Under the pieces are notes generated by a model. It saw only the letters and a program-made list of their open reading frames with translations, searched no databases and was not told the DNA's origin. Both the position numbers and the translations under genes were made by a program. Source: Antedon mediterranea (taxonomy: Eukaryota > Animalia > Echinodermata). Taken from it: a stretch of 64,000 bases of DNA. Position 1 is the stretch's first letter, and every line of letters begins with the position of its first letter. Positions 49,132 through 61,100 of this stretch are shown here, piece by piece. The stretch spans positions 31,812,437 through 31,876,436 of the forward strand of contig NC_092672.1 in the NCBI RefSeq assembly GCF_964355755.1, in the 5' to 3' direction.

Positions 49132-50600
49132 TTTAATAAATAATTGAGAGTAAGCACAAAAACACGAACAAAAAGGTAGAGTAAAGCAAACGTCAACAAC
49201 ACAACATGTGTTATTTCTTGGCCCTCAATTTTCCATGTGTGAATTCGATAACGAGGTAGAAAAGGTTGCCAGGTTAAACCGTTTCTTTTATGCAAATTTA
49301 CCCAATAAAAAATTACTAATGACTGAATTAATGTTAATCAAGCTAATGTTAATTGTAAGTGTCAATTATATTTATTTTATCTATCAGAATTAAGTTAAGA
49401 TCCATTGAAATATTTTAAGTTGTGACATTGTAAATCAGGAACGCGTTACACACATTGAATATGACGCGACTTGGCGTTTGGGAATTAATCTGACCATCTC
49501 TATGATCTGACGGATTTTTAATTTAAAAAAAAGATTAATGCAATAACTGCATAAAAAGAACAATTAAATATCCAAAAATAACATTAACAATGACTAGGCC
49601 CTAAGCATGTATTTCGATAACCATTCCGGGCGCTACCGGACGTAGTTCCAGGAGCGCGGGTCAATAAAAATAAAGTTATTTCGTTGCGCTTGGATGGAAA
49701 CTAATAACGAACGAGTTTTATTACAAATAACGTTGTTTGAAGAAGTATTATCTCCGTGCAATTGATACATAATTCACACCAGTGAAACACTTGGATAATC
49801 CAGCGAGTGAGAAAAAAAATTACAATTTTAAGTTATTTAAGCTAAAACTTCGTTACAATTAATTGAAGCTTGACTGAATCCAGTTTATTCAGGGTCTGTG
49901 GTGTTTATGTTATTAAATTAGCAACAAGACGTCTGAAAATTATTAAGATATGAAAATATTTCTACCTGCGTCTAATAAGGGATTTATCAAAAGGTTGGCA
50001 AGATAAAAAAAATCATCTTAGCGGGGCCTATTTCAAATGATCTTTTGCTTCAGTCCGTTTTCAAAATAACCTTAAGCAAAATATTTTTTATGTTTTCTTT
50101 TATAAATCTTGATATTAACTATCTTGGTTTCCATCAAAAAATTGATAAAGCCAGTCGAGGAGTCCGTAACTGAATTTTCGGTAATAATGTTTAGGTGAGA
50201 AATAAGCTTTGTTTTCACAGCTTTTCAGAGAATTTATGTTTTTTTGTGAAATTCAGGAATATTTACATTGTGTTTATATATAGGCATATATGAATATATT
50301 TAAAATGAATGGTTCTATATACTTATAAATTATTTATTTTTATAATCCACAATTTATTGGCGTTCGTGTGCTTTATCAATAAAAATTGTGATAAACGATC
50401 GAGCGAAGGATGTAGGCCTTATAATTAACATGGTGAAATTTTAAATTTATCACCAAAAACTAGACTTTTAAATAATGTAACACAATTCATCTTAGACTTC
50501 CAAAGATCGCGTGTTCTTATAATAATTTCACAATCATGCACACTGTATATACTCTTCAATGTAATAGATTCATCAATTATGGTTTCGATCGATTAACTAC

Positions 50601-50773
50601 CTGCGCGTGCTTCTAATGCGCATGCGCTATATCTTGCCATTTCACCGTTGTGTTTGCCAGTCTGTGACCAAAAGACGTGAAATTAATATTTTAACTGTCG
50701 TGGCTTGTAGATCACTGTTAAAAGCAACAAGCGAATTCTTCTATCTACCGGAAGATATCGACGCAACAAACCG
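50601..50773 (+). promoter_or_regulatory. Candidate promoter and non-coding first exon of the GPCR
   Basis: NRF1-type palindrome TGCGCATGCGC at 50617-50627 and a strong donor CCG|GTAAGT at 50774. The acceptor TTGACAG lies just before ATG 55134. Confidence 0.4.
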
Positions 50774-52633
50774 GTAAGTATGTACACAGTTTGGTTTAAA
50801 CCATGGAAGAGTGAAATTACAATTTCACCCTTTCCTGGTTTAGACAGAATTTTAGTACCGGGCTGATAAGAAACGGTATAAAACAATCGTAATAATAAAT
50901 ATACTAGTAAGTTTATGTTATAATATCAATACATTGGATAGAACCGAAACAATTTGTTTATTGTGTTTTTTAAGAGAGGATATTTGCAATTATAATCATC
51001 ATAATAACAATAGCCGTTTGAAATTAATAGGAGTAGTGATACACCGTTATACTGCAGTACCGTAGCGTGTGTGCATTACTTTATTTCAGACTATTTGCAT
51101 GCTACTAATCTAATAATCTATTTCTACGCAGCGTATTATATTTAAATATACATTTTCATCATTATCATTCCATCGTGTTGAAAAGTAAATTTTTCTTACC
51201 GTTATTACCCTCATCATCATTTTTAAATCATCTTTATACCAAATATAATCATCTTTAGCCTATAATTGCTATCATACTGTCATTACGATTTTTATCATAT
51301 CATTTATCATTATTTTTATTTCATTACCATATTGACATATTAATCATAATTTTCAATCATAATAATAATCACACAGAATCATTGATTCAGTTCTCATCTT
51401 AATCATTTTAATAACCGTATCATAAGTTTTTTTAGGTAAGGAAAACTAATGGGAAATATAATTTATCATCATATTCCATTCATTATAATATTGTCATATT
51501 AATCATAATTGTTTTATCATTATCATCATCAGAATCATAATTATTGTTTCATTCTTCATCAATTTTCCTCTTTTTTTTTATCAATTGCGTTATCTTAATC
51601 ATTTAATAATCATAAATTGGAGTAAAAAAATATTGTCAAAATAGCAACAAACCAATGGGAACGCCAAGTAAAAGGCAAGCCGATTCTTGTACTGTATCAT
51701 GTCTTAGCGATAATAAACACCCCGCAGTATCGTGTCTGCTGACTGCAACAGGCTCACACCACATACCTCCTAATATTAACTATGGATATCAATGTTATCG
51801 AATAACAGGCCTGAAGCAGTATCATTTTTCTTTCTTGTTCGTTTGAAAAAACATCGTCAAAATAACATGTCTTCGGTTTTGTCATGAACTAAGAAGTCAT
51901 TTTATTCAATCCATTCATTACAAACATTATAAGAAATAGCGAATGTCATTAAGACAGTATTATTTTCTGTACTGTATATAAATTGTACAGTAGGCAAATC
52001 CTGTGATACATAATAAAACTTGTACCATAGGCCTGACAAGATGATACAAAATATGTGACACTATATGACAGATTGTGCCTATGATACACTGGCCATTATA
52101 ATACCATGTATAAGAGATACAGTATACACAGAGGATCGGATCATTGTTACATGCAATTATAATTAATTCTTTTTATTTAATGAAAAACTAAATACGCCAA
52201 AATCTATTTATTTCTAAGAAAGAAAAATTACAGTAAACCTATAATAATTGTTCGTAACATTATATGAAGGATATTAAGCCAATTCAAGCCGTCGAGTGAT
52301 TCAAAATATAGGTCCTGCTTTTTACTTCAGTCATGTCATGTTCTACTTTCGTATACGATGTAAAATAAAACTGAAGTGTTTTTATTTCTGCATATAAGAA
52401 GAAGTGAAAAGGCTATGGTTTTCATTTCCGACACGTAAGTTTCTACTTTCGTAAGATGTAAAATAAAACTAGAATGCAGCCTTGGGTTTTAAAAGATTTT
52501 AAATTTCAAACGTAAAACAAATCGAGAGTCATATAGTTTTCATATCCGATGCGTTACTTTCGTATGCCTAAGATTTGAAAAAACAATTACAACAGTATAG
52601 CGCATTTTGTAATATTTAGAGGAAGAGATTTAA

Positions 52634-53158
52634 AGGGGAGCTCCGGGTACAACCTTTCTATTGTTCATTGTATATATAAACCTTTGCAACAACATTGATA
52701 ATAACCTCATTAATTTTTCATCAGCGGTAAAGCAGAACGAGCATAAGTAAAATAAGTATCTTTTTCAAAAAGTGGTGCTCAATGACTTTATACATACGAT
52801 ATGAATTCTACTGATTGGCCGAGTGGAATCGGTTATATCACGTTTCCACAGGCAGTTTATCGGTTAATTATCGGTTAATTTTTGGCTGTGGAAACACGGC
52901 CAATGACAGACGCTCAGTGGATAACCATTTCAATAAAAGAATATATTTTCTGTGTAAAATTGATTAGTTTTTCGATTTATATCAATTAAATTATATAAAT
53001 TATAGAATTTATTATTGAATTCATCTTACTAACATTACAAAAAGTCATCACTTTAAATTTAAAAAAAAAGCTTGTTATGCTTTACGACCGACGAAACAAA
53101 AGTGGGGGTTGTTATATCGATATTTAAAATGTTTAAAAATTGAGTCCGGAGCAACCCT
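52634..53158. mobile_element. Kolobok-like MITE
   Basis: TTAA|AGGGGAGCTCCGG ... CCGGAGCAACCCT|TTAA. Confidence 0.7.
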
Positions 53159-55133
53159 TTAATGTTAATAAATGTCAATCCTGGGAAAACAAATCAAACA
53201 ACAGCTATTATATTCCTGGCTTTCAAACAGCTTATGATTGAAAATACAACTTCAGTATATATTGCCTGCTGGCAATACCTATAATATGGTCACGTACTAT
53301 GCGTCGAAGTGAAACTCGCGGGTGGTATAAAATTATCATAAAACCGTACAGATCTCGGAATAACTTATGAAACAAAAATACATTGTTAAAATGATAATTA
53401 TACACGAAAAACCAACTGATCTGTAGATCAACTTGATCGATTGACAAATCGACACAGCTATATCCTTAATGGTTCTATTTCAGAATTCTAAAATAACAAA
53501 AAAAATACAAAAATAACGGTAGGCCTACTGTTACTCCTCAGTACTTTAACACGCACAACACTCGCGTGTACATTTCGAGTGAAATTCAAGGTTAGCTGTA
53601 TTCAGTCTAGTATAGAGCGTATCACAGGTATGATTGATTTCAGTACAGACTACATTATGATCATTTACAGGCTAGGCCTACTACTACCCTAGGCTACACA
53701 TAAGGTTGAATACATTATTTCTTTTAACTTCTTCATCTTTGTTAAAAATATGATTAGATGTCGACTTGAGATGAAGAATTACAGTGCGTCCTTGAGTTGA
53801 GTAATCTAAATTCATCTAATTCACCCATCGAGTATAAATGCACAATACAAAGTGAATTACAAATACACAATTCGTAATTAAATTTGTATGTATGACTAGA
53901 TACAAAGAAGTTGCACTTTGAAGAAAATAAATCAGAGAGATGACCAAAAGAAATTAAATTCAATAATTAAAGAAATAGAAATATTGCATATATTTCCTCA
54001 CAATTTGGCAGTAGCATTGAGAAAAGAAACAACGCGCGTACACAAATTAGTCTCATTTTATCATTGTTTAAACGAGCGCGTACAACATTTAACATATTTT
54101 GAACGCGCGCGTGCAAGTTTCATACTATTGTCATCGTCAATTGACCGCGCGCGTACACATGTTATCAGCTTGTGAACGACCGCGTGCAAATGTCCCTAGC
54201 ATTGTCAACATCATTTGAACGCTCGCTTTAAATATGTGTTAAATTTTGTCAAAAACATTATGATTCCTTAATTGAATTTGGTTACCATGGTTCAATAATA
54301 TAATTTGTGTTTGACCTTTATGAACCTACACCCTCACATCATTCATGTTGTGAACAACAATTCCGTTGAGACATTTACAAATTATTTCGTGTCATGCACA
54401 GAGGAATCTTACGTAAGGTGTTTTTTTTCGTCAAACATTTTTATCCTGTCATCATCAATTTGATGGATTGTGTTATTCGAAGGAACGAAAACCTACAATT
54501 TAGTTTAATGTTAATAGCACCCTTCTGAATTGTAGCAGCAATGTTGACAATAATGCTTGAACACTTGCATAGAGTAGTTAAGCGAGTTTCTATGTTTGGG
54601 TGCACAAAGCAGACTTAAGTCAACATAAGATCTAGGAGATTTGACGGCAACAGCAAAATGCAGTTGACAGGCGTTAAACATGAAAAATGAAGATTAATTA
54701 AATCAGACTTTGAATAGGTTATTTTGTAATTTTAATAAAGTTAATCACTTCTATAGAAAAAAAACCTGAAAAAAATAAGGGTTTCCCCTATAAAATGACA
54801 AAATAATTAATGGTTGTTAGATTCAACCAAAAATCCATTGGCTGGCAGTCAAATTGACTATTTTTTGCTTTAGATTACAGTTTTTTTAGGTAAATAATTT
54901 TTTTTTCAATTTAAAAGTGACATTAAAATGGCATATTAAAAAAAAAATTAAATAATTATTTTTTCTGGGGGACAATACATCTTTAAAGGCTAGCTTCAAG
55001 TTTGAAATTTCTATTGTTTATTATAAAATATAATCTATAAATATTGTACGCTTACATGCGCATTTATAAGGTGTACTAATGGAAAAAAATTACATAATTA
55101 ACTTAATAATTTATCATAATTTCTTGACAGGTT

Positions 55134-58100
55134 ATGTCTCAGCAAGTGGTACCGGATATAATGAATGACCACGCAGTGGCGTGGCTAGTGGTCATTCCAA
55201 TATGCAGTTTAGAAACTATTATGTGCTTGTGTGCCATCGCGTCTAGAAGTCACTGGAAGTGCCCGGATGTTTTATTATTTTCTTTCGTCTTCATACAGCT
55301 ACTTTATCTAATGATCCCTATGCTAATCTATACAATCAACATAAAACGCGGGAACGAAGTTTCTATTGCTGCGTGTAGACTGGTAGTCTGGTGCGTTCTA
55401 AGCTTCCGAATTATGATGAGTTTGCATATGACGTATCTCGCTATGGACCGAGTGTGGATCTTAAAATGGCCGCGGGCGTATCACCTTCACAACACCAACA
55501 GGCAAAGCTGCAAAAATTCTATATTTATGTGGTTGTTCGGCATGGCAATGGGCGCTATTGGATTATCGAATTGGCGGGAATCTGAAGTTGCTCTGTATTT
55601 GAAATGTGGGCTTGTGCTTTACACACCCAACTACGTGTATTCTCTGTGCGTAATCATAATCATTTTGGGCAGTCTCGTTTTAGGTGTGATGTGCGTAGGA
55701 ACATTGGTTGTTGATACTATACGAACCCAACAGAACGAATCAAATATACCAACTATAATAATTGAAGATGAGATTGGCAAAAAAACGCAGACAGTAAAAA
55801 TTGTAAAGGAAGAGCAAAACCGGCAAGTAAACAAGATCGTCTGCATGATATTTAGTGTTTATTATGTCATCAGCGTACTGCCATTTGTGGTAGGTAGACC
55901 TTTAATTAATTTAGAATTTTAATTAAATACGAATTTATGATTTTATACATTGTTTTTTTTTAAATTGAATATTATGCAGTTTGATTTGATACTTAATCAC
56001 TTAATTAGCAATATTCACTGAAAAGACAATAAACGCGTTGTTAGTTATAATAAACGCATCGTTAGTTACAGTAAACGCGTTGTCAGTTACAAAAAACGCG
56101 TTGTTAGTCACAATAAACGCGTTGTTGGCGTGGCCAGTTCCTTCGTAGAGTTTTAACCAGGTACTCATTTTTACATCTTAGTGGACTGGGAGTTGCTCTT
56201 GTCGTTAATTTAATCCGGGTCTTTCTTATTAGTAATAATATTAATAATAATATCCCCTAAGCGCGATTACCCCAGTAATTTTTTTGGATCAAACACGTAT
56301 GGAAACATACTCCCATAATGCAGCTAGTAATCAGTGCAAAGTTGTGTTTTAATCTAACCAGGTTCCCATTTATACAGCTGGGTGGAGAGAGGCAAACGTA
56401 GGTATAGTATCTTGCCTAAGGATAGGCCTACAAGCAATGCGGTGAGAGTTTGATTCGAACCTTAATCTCACGATCAGTAGTCAAATTTCCAGCCATGATA
56501 TAGTCATAAAACCGAGAGAACGTATGTAGAAAAAACATTTACGAGTGTACGTGTACGGTGCATGGTTTAAAAGCCTTTAGCACACGTACAGTGCATTATA
56601 GTAAGAGTAGGCCTATATGTTAATGTTAGACAATGACGTTGCTTAGTAACCCATTTTATATTTACATCATGGAGCTATAAAATGTATAGCTTTATGCTTG
56701 TATTAACCACCTTAGTTTAACCTAGGCCTACTTACAGTAAAACTAATAATAGATGTAATACATTACCAACAATGTATTTCATATGAGATACCGTAATTGT
56801 GCAGTGGTCTAGTGTTTCCCGAAAGCTCTGCTCTTTTTTTTTGTATCTCAATTGAGATCCAGCCACTGATACCCACAGCATTGTCATTTTTTCAGTAATT
56901 TGCCTTTGGATTTATATTAATGGAGAGAGTTATACAGTAACAAATACTATAACGCACCGTTTTAAAATAATGTAATGTCTTAAAGGCTTTCAAATCGTGC
57001 GATGGATTGAAATTACAGTACAGTCTATACACGTATTAGTCTGAGCTCCAGACGGAGTTTTGTCTTAATATTATTAGTAAAAATATAAATATTTGTGTAC
57101 ATATAGCGTTTCATACGTGTATTACTTGATTTTGGATATTTTAAGACAAAAATCAAAACGACGACGTTGAAATGACATAAAAAAGACAATAAATACAGAC
57201 TTGGAGCAAGTCTGTACACGTATATACAATGCGTGTTTTTAGTGACTCTTGAAATATCTCTCGAAATCACGTATTTTCTTCTATTACATAGTAACCTGGA
57301 TTGCCATTGGACGCAGCGCAAAGACTTCAACGCACCGCAAGCAATTTGACCAATCACGACGTGATGGATCATCTGAACTGTTGCTTGTGATTGGTCAAAT
57401 CATTGCATTGAGCATAGTCGTTGTTGCGTCCAAAAGTGGGAACCAACGTTTACATCTAAATAGATTATAACCATTATTAACTTTATAACGCATGCGCAGT
57501 AAGTTAATCCGATATTTTTAGTACAGAAAGATATAAAATCATTTAGGCATCACCATCTCTCTGAAACAGTATTTGCAATGTAAAAGCTTAGCTTCATATT
57601 ATTTAACTTTATTAATATTATTAAATATTAAATTATTATTGAAATATTTTATTCGTAGCACTTCATTTCAGGGTCGATCATTTTTAATATACAATTGTCT
57701 ACATATTTGGAGTTGATTGTTTGTCGCGATTCTCCTTCTGTAATTGTTTTAAATTGCCCATTCTTGTGAAATTAAATTCATTACCGTACTCAAACAGATA
57801 AAGCCTGTAGACGCTTACGGTGTCAAAGAAATGTTACATTTTAATAAATAAATAGTCTAATTAATGATAGTAATGGTAGACTTATAATTAAATATTATAT
57901 TAAATAAATAAAATCATTATACATGAAGGATCGATTTTTTTCATATGGAAGCCAGTTTGGGCCACACCAACGACCGCCAGATAACAGCTCTTAAAATATA
58001 ATTAACTAGTGACCCGAACGGGTTTCCGTAGTTTCATAATACAATCTCTAAAGAAGTTTTATAGATCTTGGTGGACATGTTTGTATATCTATCTTGGCGA

Positions 58101-61100
58101 GATACTGTTGTTATATCTCTCTTGTTGGATGTTTTTTTTTTCTAAACATCACACAATAAACCTCGTCATGCTTTATGTATTTCCAATATTCCTATCTCCC
58201 CTGCGTCTCGTAAATATTATATCACATTATTCATTATCTCTTCTTCAAATAAACTTGAATACAATTTCAATATAATGGTAATTTGGAACGTATATATTGT
58301 GTATAATTAGATATATAATTTCATAAAATAGTGAGCTGCCGTTTATTCGGGACGATGTATCAAAGTACGAATATTTAATCGACCAAAAACATAAGCAAAT
58401 TTATGTTTTTTGTTTTATTCTCATTGCCAAGTCCTTCGGATGGAATTTAAAACCGTTGGTTCCATATACATAGTGCACATTAAAGAACTTGGTACACTCC
58501 TCGAAAAGAGTAGGTGATCGTATCCTGGTGTGCTGATCTGTTAGGCTGGTTTCCGTGGGTTCGTGGAGGGCCTAATTTGAATTTACTCAGTTTCCAGTTA
58601 AGCTTGAGGACTGAGAATAAATACATTTAACATTTTAAAATATTTTTTTTTATAAAATGCCGTCTTCTTAACCTAACTAATTAACTACAGTAGCTAGCTT
58701 AACTAACTATAACTAACGGGAACCGCTCTCATTTAATAACCAATTTAATGGCTGTTTTTTGTTGACAAAATTCAATTATAATTGTCTCAAATGGCTCCCC
58801 ATAGTAAAGCGGACTGTTGCAGTTCACTGTATAATAGTTAATTGACTTTCTTCTACCTCTAAATGAGCCGAATGCAAAATAAAGCGTCGTTTAATTGCTT
58901 AAATTACAAGTATAGTAGATTATGAAGATCAATCAATCTTAATTTGTTCATATTATTGGCACAAGACAGTTTAATAACACCTGTGCTTCACGATGTGTTT
59001 ATTATAATTATTTATGAATTTAAGAATTTTCCAATGTCACACCTCTATTCACATTACCATGACCGAGCGCGTAAAATGCGTAAACTTAAACCGTGTATAA
59101 AGTTGGTTCCCAATGCAAGGAGAAGCTCACTGGCGATGGATTATTCGAGCTGTCGCTTGTCATTGGTCAACTCGCTTGCGTTGCGCGTACGTCCTTGCGT
59201 TGCGTCTTAGTGGAAACCAAGCATTAGTACTTTGACCGTACCAATCATGACGCAATGGATCATCCGAACTGTCGCTTGTGATTGGTCAACTCACTTGCGT
59301 TGCGCCTATGTCTTTGCGTTGCGTGGGAATCAAGCTTAAACCAATTATAATGTATATAATATTGAATATAGTAACACTCTTTATGCAATGTAATGTTCTG
59401 AACATCGATGGACATCGTGTGAACCAGTCCTTGACAAGTGATGGTTTTGCACAAGTTATTTTTAAATTTAAAAAAAAACAGATTTCATGCTTTGGATTTA
59501 AAACATAAACCGGCTGATTAAAATCTAAATTCGACATCTTTAAAAAAGTGGTCAGAATAATTCAATGTTTGGTTCAGCTACCTGTTATGTGCAGATGGAT
59601 TTAATATTAAATCCAAAGGTATTACGCCACACAGGAGGCAACGTAAGACTGAATACTCACAATGTTGTGAGGAGCGCGGATCATCTCGTCCTGGTGATGA
59701 GTTCTAATCTATATTTCTATTTTAAACTTTCCATCCAAATCTACGGATTATGTTCTTTTCCGACTACGTGATCAACGGCTTATCATTTTTGTAATACATT
59801 ATAAACTCTCTGTAAGCGTTTACTGATTGGTTTTTGTATTCAAATAATAAGAAAAATTAGATCATGTCAATTACATTGGCGGTATACGCTGACGTGACTA
59901 TAATTACATAAGGCGTTTCCGCGCGTTCGTATTTTACGCGACGTTATTATTATTCGACAAGTTAAAATATTGTTGCGATCTAAAGCTCTGTCTACACTAT
60001 GAAACTTTATGTGACAAAACGTGATGTGGCCATTGGACATGATGATGTCATATCACTACCATATTCAAGCATATTACTACCATATTTGGGCACATCACAT
60101 TTGTTTTTGTCAAACTAGTTTGATAGTGTAGACAGAGTTAATTTGACCAATCATGACGCGATGGATTGGTCAACTGACTTCTATTGTGCCTACACGTAAT
60201 TGCGTTGTGTCCAACTGGGAACACATTTTTAGAATTAAAGTCTCTACGAATGGTACAAGCCTTTTCTAGAAATGATAGGCATAATCATTTGGAAATAACA
60301 CATATCAATGCCCTAATGCATTCATCTTGATTATTAACTATTATTCTGAAATTAATAGATTGATCTTTTTGCACCATTCACTCGTGGGCGTTTGATGTTT
60401 TATTAATCTTCCTCAGACATATTAAAATATTTCATTGCCATTTAATGATATAGTATAGTTTATCGTCCGTTAAACAAAGGGCAAGCGATCATTGTGTTTA
60501 GACATCCCATCCAAAGGTTGAACCAAGGCTACCTATGGAGGATGCTGAGTTCCGCTGATCAAAGAGTTTATCTGTGACTGCGACACGAAGAATACGTAGG
60601 CCTACTGTACATAGTACAGTACTGTTGGTATTTGTTGCAGCCAGACATAAAATCAAAGGACTGTTACGAGTTCATATCTTGGCCATGCGAGCTCAGTGTG
60701 TTGTTGTTAGATTGCGTTGGTTCAACCCTGACCCATTGCATGATATTCACACTACTCTTTCTTTCAATTACTAAGACGATAACGATCGACGATATAGGTC
60801 TTTGGTAAAAATTACATTAACATGAAATCTTATTTACGTCATGATGAATAAGAACAATAAAATTCAATAATTCATTTATTTGTTTCAATCAAGATAAATA
60901 AATAATACATAATAAAATCATTTTTTTAGTCGTTGCATCGTCACGATGTTATTTCTCTTACTAATCATGACGTCATTTGATTGGACGTGTCAAAATAATT
61001 ATTATTTTCATCAAAGGCAGAATATAGTTACCATCTTAGTTCTTGAATGAAAACTAATCTAAATTCTTTATTTTATGTAAGAAAAATGCATATTTATCTA

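Noticed and set aside
51150-51620. ATC/TCA-rich tract (also 62220-62460)
   Set aside because: Degenerate low-complexity microsatellite with no coding or structural signal.
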